NCBI GenBank assembly: GCA_965262715.1
Contig: OZ253553.1
Location: 32,001-96,000, forward strand
Origin: Bdellovibrionales bacterium
GTDB lineage: Bacteria > Bdellovibrionota > Bdellovibrionia > Bdellovibrionales > JAUICD01
DNA length: 64,000 nucleotides
Reading direction: 5' to 3'
In this document: one piece after another, positions 21,037-30,111 of the stretch
Layout: each line of letters begins with the position of its first letter
How positions within the stretch are numbered: position 1 is the stretch's first letter
The notes under the pieces: generated by a model
Database searches by the model: none
Told to the model about the DNA's origin: nothing
Seen by the model: only the letters and a program-made list of their open reading frames with translations
Program-made: the position numbers and the translations under genes

Positions 21037-21407
21037 TGGTCTGTACCCCATAAACTGGAAAGTTAAGTGATAAAGTAACTCACTTGAGATTCCTGAAGTG
21101 TGACTTATGATATTCAAAAAGTGTTACCTATGTCCCAGGGTTGGACACTTCCCAGATCACTGCTATACCTGTAGCATTAGATGATATAAGAAAGAACTAT
21201 TGACTTTAATTTAGGATCAATTTTGCAACTACAACTAACTCGTTTTGTGTTTTGCCTGAATATCTTGTATTAACCGCAAGACAGTCTTGACATCTTTTAT
21301 GTCAAATAAAGCAAACGATTGAGATTGAGTCTCCAAAAAATCCATCCCCGAATTAAGATAACTCTTTGAAAATCCCCGATGGTCACCAATAAAAAGGGTA
21401 CACCTTA
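21037..21407 (+). mobile_element. Non-coding remnant bounded by IS3-type ends (MITE-like or mosaic)
   Basis: 21037-21097 matches the IS3 left end 145-205; ...AAAAGGGTACACCTTA at 21392-21407 resembles the right end. Confidence 0.6.
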
Positions 21408-21446
21408 AACTCCATGATGAAGTATTTTAAAAGGTAGAACTTGATG

Positions 21447-21764
21447 TTATGCCACTTTACTGGAGTTAGGATCTTCAAGAGATAATTTAACTTTTAAATT
21501 AAAAACTTGTGCAATATGTTTTGTAAGTTTATCTGTACTCCATTTTTGTCTTTTCAAGACAAAGTCTGAAACAAATTGAATTGATAAGTTAGATCTCTTA
21601 GAAAATCTTTGAAGACCCATTGCTTTAATAGTTTCACGAAGTGCTTCATCTACAGTAAGCCCTTCATGATTTACTATATTTAATAAGTAACCCTGAGCAT
21701 ATTCAAGATTATCAAACTTTTTAGCTATAATTTTATCATAACTTTTATTTCTGTTTGGCATAAT
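21447..21764 (-). CDS. Addiction-module antidote / HTH antitoxin (start probably MPNRNKSY)
   Basis: Overlaps the upstream toxin; FDNLEYAQGYL...ALRETIKAMGL..FSKRSNLS pattern. Confidence 0.7.
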   Translation of the reverse strand: MMPNRNKSYDKIIAKKFDNLEYAQGYLLNIVNHEGLTVDEALRETIKAMGLQRFSKRSNLSIQFVSDFVLKRQKWSTDKLTKHIAQVFNLKVKLSLEDPNSSKVA

Positions 21765-22071
21765 AACCCCAATATTCTTTAGCTTTTTTAATATCCCTGT
21801 TTTGTGTCTTTTTATCTCCACCAACTAATAACAAAATAACCTCGTCATCATCTTCTCCAAAATACACTCTAAAACCAGATGCATATTGAATCTTTATTTC
21901 AAAAACACCATCTTTTAAATTCTTAAGCGACTTTTTTGCACCACCTTGTGCAACTCTTTGAATAAAACGGTCAATAATAATTTGACTTTTGATGTCCAAA
22001 TTATTAATCCAATCTAAAAAGGGAGATCTACCACTATCAGTTATATAATAATCAACCCTTTTAGCTACCAT
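21745..22071 (-). CDS. RelE/ParE-family addiction-module killer protein
   Basis: GRSPFLDWI, GVFEIKI..ASGFRVYFG, LLLVGGDKKTQNRDIKKA. Confidence 0.9.
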   Translation of the reverse strand: MVAKRVDYYITDSGRSPFLDWINNLDIKSQIIIDRFIQRVAQGGAKKSLKNLKDGVFEIKIQYASGFRVYFGEDDDEVILLLVGGDKKTQNRDIKKAKEYWGYYAKQK

Positions 22072-22088
22072 TTTACCCTTCTGATTAT

Positions 22089-22112
22089 AAACTACATAAA
22101 AATATGTAGTTT
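22089..22112. promoter_or_regulatory. Palindromic operator upstream of the TA pair
   Basis: AAACTACATA-AAAA-TATGTAGTTT adjacent to a minus-strand TTGACA. Confidence 0.6.
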
Positions 22113-22660
22113 GTCAAGCTCTTTAAAAACACCTTTAATTCTTTTTATCAATTCATCTTAACCTTCTACAACCAAATATCCTATATAATGTTCCTTGATA
22201 AACGAGAATTGTATAAAAGCAACATTGATACATCATATTTCTTAAATCATTAGAAAGGTAATTTTGTGTTAGTGAGTTTTTTGGTAAGGCTTTCTGATGA
22301 TGAAAATCCTTTTTTAATCCTCTTAATAGTCACTTTCTCAACATCAAATAAAATCTCCTTGGCGTGGGTAACCTGATCCAAGTAGCAATGATATGTTTAT
22401 GATAATTTTAATGAGTGTTTCCATTATTTCCTCTTTTTTTTAAAAAATTGTGTGTAAATATCCTTTATGATTTTATGCTTTCTTAAAGCCCTTAAAATAG
22501 AGCTTTTTGACGATGAATATTGAGTTAGCTTTTCAATATCACGAGTGGAAAACTTAAGATCAACATAAAGTTTTAAGTAAAATTTTAGCACTTTTTTCTG
22601 GAGTGTTAAGAAGATGTGTAATAAATAAAGATACATAACTAGAATTATCGGCGGAAATGC

Positions 22661-25003
22661 CTATAAACATAGCTGCTGAAATATTATAGATTTTAGTTTT
22701 TGACAATCTGTAGCCGTAGTGCCGCCGTTTGAGCCTACACAGTGCCATGTATAATGTGTATTTGTATCGGCTATCGCTGAGTCATTTGCTGTGCCAGAAG
22801 AACAACCATTTTGTTGACTGTTATTACAAACGCCGTTTACCGGTGCAGATTTTGCTTTTTGACAATTTGTAGCAGTAGTGCCGCCATTTGCACCTACGCA
22901 GTACCATCTATAATGTGTATTTGTATCTGCAATAGCGTTGTCATTAGCAGTACCAGCAGAGCAGCCATTTTGTTGGTTGTTATCACAAGCACCGTTAATA
23001 GGTTTTGCCTTTTGACAATTTGTAGCAGTAGTGCCGCCGTTTGAGCCTACACAGTGCCATGTATAATGTGTATTTGTATCGGCTATCGCTGAGTCATTTG
23101 CTGTGCCAGAAGAACAACCATTTTGTTGACTGTTATTACAAACGCCGTTTACCGGTGCAGATTTTGCTTTTTGACAATTTGTAGCAGTAGTGCCGCCATT
23201 TTTACCTACACAGTGCCATGTATAATGAGTATTTGTATCTGCTATAGCTGAGTCATTTGATGTGCCAGCAGAACAACCATTTTGTTGACTGTTATTACAA
23301 ACACCGTTAACAGGTTTTGCTTTTTGACAATTTGTAGCAGTGCTGCCTCCATTTGAACCTTCACAGTGCCATGTATAATGAGTGTTTGTATCGGCTATAG
23401 CTGCATCATTTGCTGTGCCCGAAGAACAACCATTTTGTTGACTGTTATTACAAACGCCGTTGACAGGAGGTATAGCTTTTGTACAACTTGCTGTTGCACC
23501 ACCATTTGAGCCAACACAATGCCATGTATAATGAGTACTTGTATCAGCTATTGCGCCGTCGTCTGGAGTCCCAGCAGTACAATCATTTCTGATGGTGTCA
23601 TCGCCGCAAACACCATTTATTGGTGCTGCTGTATCAATGGCCATACTGCAGCAACCTGTAGCATCAGTGCCATCGTTGGTACCTAAACACTGCCACTGAT
23701 AATGAGTTTCTGAATCATCTATGTCATTTAAAGTACCTTGAATACAACCATTTTTGACGGAGTTATTACATTCTCCATTTACGATTGAAGATGGATTGCG
23801 TGTAACAGCTTGGCCTAATATAGAATTGTCACAGGTCTGATAACTTAATGGACCAGGTAAAGGTCCGGAAAAATAACAATAGCTGCCATCTGATGGACAG
23901 TAATTATAATAAAACTGTTCAACTATATCATCTACCGAAGTTTGACTATCTATAGTGGTAGAAGAAGAGGTTGAAGCTTGTATTGCTATAGTACTTTTTA
24001 CACAGACTTCAGTTGAAGTGATGTCTATTACACCATCACTGCAATTTAGTACATCCTCACTGCCACTATCAATTTGAAATTCACATTGATTCGCATTTTG
24101 AATATTTGTATGTAATGTCCAAGTTCCACCTTCAGGTCTTAAATACTTATAAATGTTATTACTTTCTAACATCACAGCAATTTCTTCATCATTATGTTTA
24201 ATAGTTATTGGATTAAAATGAGGTTTAGAATTAGAGCTCACTTGCAAAACTTGTTTTCGATAGGTGAGGCAATCAGAATTGTCAGGATCTTCTGCAGACA
24301 CCTCAATAGTAACAGAACCAGTAGATTCATCGGTAAAGTCTAATTCAATACTTTCACTATCATCTTCGTTTGTCTCCTCAGTTGAAGAAGGTAATGTGAC
24401 TTTCCATATAATGTTCGAAAAATCTGTAGCATTCTTTAATTCAAAAGTGGCAGTCTGTCCAACAGTCAAAGAACCGCTTTCAAGAAAGATCTCTAAGACA
24501 TCTGTTAATGAGCATTCCTCACCAATCACGAGTTTTTTACTGGCCACAGTTAACAAATCGGAGTTTTTATAAGATGTAGCAAAAATATCATAACTTCCAG
24601 GTTTTTTAAATTGATATTGATATTCTGGTTCAGTTGTTGTCTCTTCTCCATCAGTAACAGTTTCAAAGGATCTAGTAATTTTCCATTTAAAATTTTCAGA
24701 ATCAGAATGACTATTCATAACCTTTAGTTTCACATCACTATCAATTAGGAAATAATCTTCTATCGAGATGCTTTCATCTTCTGATGGTAAATAAGCAATA
24801 ATATAACCTTTATCATTAGATACCGTTTGTTCAGAAAACAGGTTAGGAGCTTGACTTATATTTGAACCGCAGTTTTGAAAAGCTAATAACAATAAAAGTG
24901 AAGCCAATAGAAGTAGATAAAAAGCATTATTAAAACTTAACAAAAAATGCTTTTTTATGTTTTGTTTTTTTATAACCCTAAAGAATTTCATTATTTTTTT
25001 CAT
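22661..25003 (-). CDS. Cys-rich repeat lipoprotein, copy 1 (7 repeats)
   Basis: LLLLAFQNCG lipobox; PKD/Ig-like region (YQFKKPGSYDI); ~50-aa 4-Cys repeats NGVCNNSQQNGCSSGT..YTWHCVGSNGGTTATNC. Confidence 0.88.
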   Translation of the reverse strand: MKKIMKFFRVIKKQNIKKHFLLSFNNAFYLLLLASLLLLLAFQNCGSNISQAPNLFSEQTVSNDKGYIIAYLPSEDESISIEDYFLIDSDVKLKVMNSHSDSENFKWKITRSFETVTDGEETTTEPEYQYQFKKPGSYDIFATSYKNSDLLTVASKKLVIGEECSLTDVLEIFLESGSLTVGQTATFELKNATDFSNIIWKVTLPSSTEETNEDDSESIELDFTDESTGSVTIEVSAEDPDNSDCLTYRKQVLQVSSNSKPHFNPITIKHNDEEIAVMLESNNIYKYLRPEGGTWTLHTNIQNANQCEFQIDSGSEDVLNCSDGVIDITSTEVCVKSTIAIQASTSSSTTIDSQTSVDDIVEQFYYNYCPSDGSYCYFSGPLPGPLSYQTCDNSILGQAVTRNPSSIVNGECNNSVKNGCIQGTLNDIDDSETHYQWQCLGTNDGTDATGCCSMAIDTAAPINGVCGDDTIRNDCTAGTPDDGAIADTSTHYTWHCVGSNGGATASCTKAIPPVNGVCNNSQQNGCSSGTANDAAIADTNTHYTWHCEGSNGGSTATNCQKAKPVNGVCNNSQQNGCSAGTSNDSAIADTNTHYTWHCVGKNGGTTATNCQKAKSAPVNGVCNNSQQNGCSSGTANDSAIADTNTHYTWHCVGSNGGTTATNCQKAKPINGACDNNQQNGCSAGTANDNAIADTNTHYRWYCVGANGGTTATNCQKAKSAPVNGVCNNSQQNGCSSGTANDSAIADTNTHYTWHCVGSNGGTTATDCQKLKSIIFQQLCL

Positions 25004-25159
25004 TGCTCTATACTTTCATCATCGTTGTATTACGAACCTTCTTTTATGTGCTATGTACTGCTAGTTGTCCAAAAATTTGAAAGGTAAAATGAATAAAAAT
25101 ATCAAAAATGTAAATCTTTAAAACCAAGCCAAAAGACTGGGTTTTTAGCCTACCTGGAC

Positions 25160-25318
25160 TGTAACTTACGTACAAAAGTTACAGTATTAAGTTATTGAAA
25201 TAACTACCGATACAGGTATTGAAGGGCTTTAATTGCTAATAGTCTTTGGTGTAGAAAACGACCAAAAACATCAATGATTTTAAGGGGACAGGACTGTAAC
25301 TTATGTACGTAAGTTACA
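25160..25318. promoter_or_regulatory. Pair of 24-bp palindromic sites 135 bp apart in the module leader; also at 33517/33652, 45106/45241, 54265/54400
   Basis: TGTAACTT-ACGTACA(A/T)-AAGTTACA and TGTAACTT-ATGTACGT-AAGTTACA, each followed by ..AAGTTATTGA. Confidence 0.75.
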
Positions 25319-25405
25319 CTATCAAGTTATTGATTTTATTGAGTTATTCGAAGTTTCTATCTTTTTTCGATATGGCATTAAGGTCATGAAAAAGTCCAGG
25401 ACCGT

Positions 25406-26011
25406 TGTAAATTGATACAATATGTGCTTCTATGTGCCTTTCTTAAAAATAACTCCTTATATTTCCATTTTAGTGAGTTTTAAAGATTTCCTTAACATGA
25501 TGTAAGAGAATGAAGGGAGTCTCCTTACTAAAGAATAAACATGCTTTTGAGGTAGTCAGCTTTTTATTGAAGGTGTGAACCTTCAAGCTGATTAGATACA
25601 TTTAAAGAGTCTATTATCTATAAATTAAACACTGTAATCTTTAAAAATCTCAGTGAGACAAGCCTTAACGCTTGTCTATTCCAAAAGTGGTCAGAGACCA
25701 GTTTATTTTTAGTGAAACAATTGCAAATTGATACAATATGTGCTTCTATATGCCTTTCTTAAAAAAAACTTCTTATATTTCCATTTTAGTGAGTTTTAAA
25801 GATTTCCTTAACATGATGTAAGAGAATGAAGGGAGTCTCCTTACTAAAGAATAAACATGCTTTTGAGGTAGTCAGCTTTTTATTGAAGGTGTGAACCTTC
25901 AAGCTGATTAGATACATTTAAAGAGTCTATCATCTATAAATTAAACACTGTAATCTTTAAAAATCTCAGTGAGACAAGCCTTAACGCTTGTCTATTCCAA
26001 AAGTGGTCAGA
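25406..26011 (+). repeat. Structured tandem array A: two units, both the 316-bp form (second truncated)
   Basis: Unit starts at 25406 and 25722. Confidence 0.92.
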
Positions 26012-26276
26012 GTTAGGAGATGGATTGTTTTTTAGAAAAACAAGGAAAAATCTTTGGAGCAATGATTTTGATGTTTTAAGCCATTTCTGGAAGTCCTCGA
26101 TTGATCGCTTTGGTAGCGATCAATCTGCGGAAGATCTCGTCTTTGGCTTAAAACATCAACTCTTAATTCCTATGATAAAGATTATAGGTGATTTGTAAGG
26201 AGAAGAGACGGTAAGAGGAAGATTTCCTTAACATGATGTAAGAGAATGAAGGGAGTCTCCTTACTAAAAAATAAAC

Positions 26277-26462
26277 ATGCTTTTGAGAATGCCAGCATTA
26301 CAAATGATGAGAGATCGTATAAGGCAAGAAGCTCGACAGGAAGGGTTGCAGAAAGTTGCTATAAATCTTCTAAAAACAACTGATATGGATATACAAGCCA
26401 TAAGTAAAGCAACAGGGCTTTCAGAAAAAGAAGTCTTGCAAATTCAAAGCAAGTGCCAATAA
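26277..26462 (+). pseudogene. C-terminal fragment of an Rpn-family (recombination-promoting nuclease/putative transposase) protein
   Basis: RQEARQEGLQKVAINLLK..MDIQAISKATGLSEKEV is the typical Rpn C-terminal tail; fused to a partial repeat unit. Confidence 0.65.
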
Positions 26463-26987
26463 TGTACTTGTATCATTATATGACTTGTACAATACATACA
26501 TTTATACAACTCTATTTTCATTTGTTTATAAGAGGTAAAACTTTTTAGGAAGTTTGTTTCTAATCAAATAACGTAACTTCAAATGAGGTGCACCTTTTAT
26601 TTGGCCACCACTTCAAGTGAATTTTGTTTATTTCATCCTAAAAGCTCTAATAATGACAGTACAAAACTTTGCCGCACCTGCGCCTCATTCAGCTGTTTTA
26701 AGAAGGTTACGGCCTTCTGATGAGTGAGGTAGAATCTCGTTCTTAGAGATAAGATCATCATACTCACGACATAATAAATTTAGGTGTTCAGAACTGAAAT
26801 ATGACACAGTCATCCAAAATTGGATGAGTTTTTCAATATCACGAGTGGAAATCTTTAAATTGATGTAGAGTTTTAAGTAAAATCTCATCACTCTTTTCTG
26901 GAGTATTAGAAAAATGTGTAATAAATAAAGAGACATAGTTGGAGTCATAATTGGAGATATCTAAATATTGTATACTCCACCAATCCT

Positions 26988-28394
26988 GAGGATGTCCCAC
27001 GTTTCGGTGAAATTGAAGTTAAGCAGAGCTTGATGTTTTGCTACGCCTGTTTCTATTGTTAGTCAATAGGTTTAAATTTTCTTCCATTGTATTTAAATCT
27101 TTATACCCTTTAATAGCTCTAAACTTTTTTTCAGCTTCAACTAAAGAAGCAGCAGCCCATCTCATAACCTGATCTGGAGAACTTCTCCAGTTCTTAACCC
27201 TGCTGACTTTATCTCTTACAATAGAAAAAGCAGACTCAATAGGATTTGTAGAAGATAAGGTTCTCCTTAGCAGTGGAGATACCTTCAACTTGATAACTGT
27301 CAGTGTCTCCTCCTTTGCTTCCTTAAGTGAAGCCAATGCTGCATAATTAATCCTGCTTAACCAACTCAGTAACTTATTGTATTCTCTCTGAGCAGAATCA
27401 TAATCATTAAAACCATGCACCATCTTCCAGCGACGCTTAAACTCTAAATGACGTTCCTGAGGTAAATAACTTAAAACATTCCTCTCCTTGTGGTGAATAC
27501 AGCGTTGAACTACTGCTCTCTTACCAAAAACTCTATTAATAGCTGTCCTTAAAGATCTGCTACCATCAATTACAAAAAGGTAAGGCTTATCTGAACAAAG
27601 ACCTCTTGCTATTAAACTCTCTAATAAGTCCTTGCAAACTTCCCAGTTCTCTGTATGACCCTCTCTAAGACCCAGAACTAACTTCTTACCTTCAACTGTG
27701 ATGCCAAGAGCTACAACCACTGTCCTTGATCCAAAAACAACACCATCAATCATAATTGATGAAAACTTATCCTTACTCAGATCACGACCATTTAAAGATT
27801 CAAGAAACTTCCTAGATGACTTATTAAAGACTCTGCTCACTGTACTCTTAGAAAGACCCGTCCCTCCTACAATATCATCAAGAAGTTCATTGTAATTACG
27901 ACAAGATACCCCTCTCATAGCATGACTCAAAACTTTATCACAAAGTATGTCATACTTTTGAAGCACTGAATAAGACCGCAGCTTAATATCAGAACCTCCC
28001 TTCTCCTTCACCCTAGGCTTCCTCACCTGAAGCCTTTGACCTTGTGCAAGAACACTCCCAGAATCACTACCCGCTCTGTAATATCTTGTATCACGACCAC
28101 GACCATGACGCTTACCACACAGTGATAATAACTCATCCTCAAAGAAATCATGGATCATATTAATAACCATTGATCTCATGCGATGCTCTAGGATCTCTCG
28201 AATCTCATTTGACTCAGATGATAAAACTTGAATTGAATAACCATTCTTACTACTCTTCATAATAGCTCCTTTCTGTTATCTATTTCCTGATAAAATAAAA
28301 ACAGTAAACAACGGCTAGACCACTTAGGATAGCCGGGAGCTCTACTTTCTTCTAATTTCTATAAGAAAATTTCACCGATCTATGGGACAACCTC
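26988..28394 (-). mobile_element. IS256-family insertion sequence, complete
   Basis: IRs GAGGATGTCCCACGTTTCGGTGAAATT / AATTTCACCGATCTATGGGACAACCTC; 8-bp target duplication CCAATCCT at 26980-26987 and 28395-28402. Confidence 0.95.
27019..28260 (-). CDS. IS256 (Mutator) family transposase
   Basis: GVSCR, IMIDG, VIDGSRSL, QRCIHHKERN, STNPIES motifs. Confidence 0.95.
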   Translation of the reverse strand: MKSSKNGYSIQVLSSESNEIREILEHRMRSMVINMIHDFFEDELLSLCGKRHGRGRDTRYYRAGSDSGSVLAQGQRLQVRKPRVKEKGGSDIKLRSYSVLQKYDILCDKVLSHAMRGVSCRNYNELLDDIVGGTGLSKSTVSRVFNKSSRKFLESLNGRDLSKDKFSSIMIDGVVFGSRTVVVALGITVEGKKLVLGLREGHTENWEVCKDLLESLIARGLCSDKPYLFVIDGSRSLRTAINRVFGKRAVVQRCIHHKERNVLSYLPQERHLEFKRRWKMVHGFNDYDSAQREYNKLLSWLSRINYAALASLKEAKEETLTVIKLKVSPLLRRTLSSTNPIESAFSIVRDKVSRVKNWRSSPDQVMRWAAASLVEAEKKFRAIKGYKDLNTMEENLNLLTNNRNRRSKTSSSA

Positions 28395-28429
28395 CCAATC
28401 CTTTTGACCCTTATAAAATACTTGCTTCT

Positions 28430-28485
28430 CAAAATTATAACAGTAAGTTAACTCCTATAAAAGTCAACTTAAGGTGTCATGAACC
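28430..28485 (-). mobile_element. Solo IS1595-type left end
   Basis: Reverse complement GGTTCATGACACCTTAAGTTGACTT..GTTAACTTACTGTTAT resembles 17729-17780. Confidence 0.6.
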
Positions 28486-28595
28486 TACTAAATAATTGCG
28501 ATCAAGTTGGGATTTATCTAATATTGTTTAAGATTTGCACAAAATAATTTACAAGTTCTAAATTTGTGGTATATTTGTTGTTAGGTGGTGATATT

Positions 28596-28811
28596 ATGAA
28601 AGCTACAAAAAATAATTCTCCTATTTCTATAGACTTGACTGAAGACACCAAAAGTCTTCTTGAAAATTTCTGTAAGAAAAAAGAAATAGATATCAATGAT
28701 CTAGTTGAAAATGCAATACTTGAACACATTGAAGATGAAATGGATAGGTCTATCATTACAACGAGAGAACATGAAGAATTTGTTGAGTGGAAGAAAAAAA
28801 AGCACGCCTAG
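28596..28811 (+). CDS. RHH-type antitoxin (RelB-like)
   Basis: ISIDLTED.K.LLE..C......NDLVENAILEHIEDEMD; upstream of a RelE toxin. Confidence 0.7.
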   Translation: MKATKNNSPISIDLTEDTKSLLENFCKKKEIDINDLVENAILEHIEDEMDRSIITTREHEEFVEWKKKKHA

Positions 28812-29076
28812 ATGGAAAATAGTTTTTCAAAAATCGGCTTATAAAGAATATCAAAAGCTTCCTCAAAAATTTCAAGAGAAGATAGACAAACTCCTAGAAC
28901 GTCTTAAAATTAACCCTTTTGATGATGTTTTAAACTTCAGGAAAATTCAAGGAAGAGAGCATTTTTATAGAATTAGAGTCGGAAATTATAGAATTGTCTA
29001 TACATTAAAGAAATCCATATTAATCATATTTATTATCAGAATAGGTCACAGAAAAGATATTTACAAATTTTTTTAA
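28771..29076 (+). CDS. RelE/StbE family toxin (start uncertain)
   Basis: WKIVFQKSAYKEYQKLP, YRIRVGNYRIVY, RIGHRKDIY. Confidence 0.9.
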   Translation: MKNLLSGRKKSTPRWKIVFQKSAYKEYQKLPQKFQEKIDKLLERLKINPFDDVLNFRKIQGREHFYRIRVGNYRIVYTLKKSILIIFIIRIGHRKDIYKFF

Positions 29077-29343
29077 ATTACTCTTACTCTTATTTTGATT
29101 TTGTGCGTTCTTAAAGTTCTTAAAATAGAGCTTTTTGACGATGAATATTGAGTTAGCTTTTCAATATCACGAGTGGAAATCTTTAAATTGATGTAGAGTT
29201 TTAAGTAAAATCTCATCACTTTTTTCTGGAGTATTTAAAAAGTATGTAATAAACAAAGATACATAGCTAGAGTTATAAGTGGAGACGCACAAGACATCTT
29301 TACCAGATTTAAATATTGCTAAAAAAAGAATGAAGGATGTTTT

Positions 29344-29652
29344 ATGAAGAAAAAACATTATAAACCTGCAAAACCTTTTTTTAAGAAAATCCTTGAGGAT
29401 CCAGAAATACGTATTAAATATGAAGAAGAAAAAGCAAAAACTGAAATTGCTTTAATGGTTAAGAGAGCAAGAAAAAATGCTTTACTTACACAGTGTGAGT
29501 TAGCAGAGAAAATTGGAACGAGTCAAAGTGTTATTGCCAGACTAGAAGGGGGTCATGACTTATGTACACCATCACTTTCTTTGCTTTCTCGAATAGCTGG
29601 TGTTTGCGGCGGTATTTTAGAGCTTGGATTTGTTTTTAAAAAAAACTTATAA
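29344..29652 (+). CDS. XRE-family HTH protein (HigA-like antitoxin), with only the 3' tail of its toxin left upstream
   Basis: LTQCELAEKIGTSQSVIARLEGG...PSL; upstream 29291-29362 reads KTSLPDLNIAKKRMKDVYEEKTL*, like a Gp49/RelE toxin C-terminus. Confidence 0.8.
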   Translation: MKKKHYKPAKPFFKKILEDPEIRIKYEEEKAKTEIALMVKRARKNALLTQCELAEKIGTSQSVIARLEGGHDLCTPSLSLLSRIAGVCGGILELGFVFKKNL

Positions 29653-30111
29653 GATTTAACAAACTATTCTTTAAGAACTGTATTGTCATTCATAGTATGA
29701 TTTTGTGTTTTTTTAAAACCCTTAAAATAGAGCTTTTTGACGATGAATATTGAGTTAGCTTTTCAATATCACGAGTGGAAAGCTTGAGATCAACATACAA
29801 TTTTAAGTAAAATTTTAGCACTTTTTTCTGGAGTGTTAAGAAGATGTGTAATAAATAAAGATACATAACTAGAATTATCGGCGGAAATGCCTATAAACAT
29901 AGCTGCTGAAATATTATAGATTTTAGTTTTTGACAATCTGTAGCCGTAGTGCCGCCTCTTGAACCTACACAATGCCATGTATAATGTGTATTTGTATCTG
30001 AGATGGCTGCATCATTTGCTCTGCCAGCAGAGCAACCGTTTTGTTGACTCTCATCACAAACACCGTTTACTGGACAGGTTTTTGAATGTTCCAGGAAAAA
30101 ATTTAGAAATT

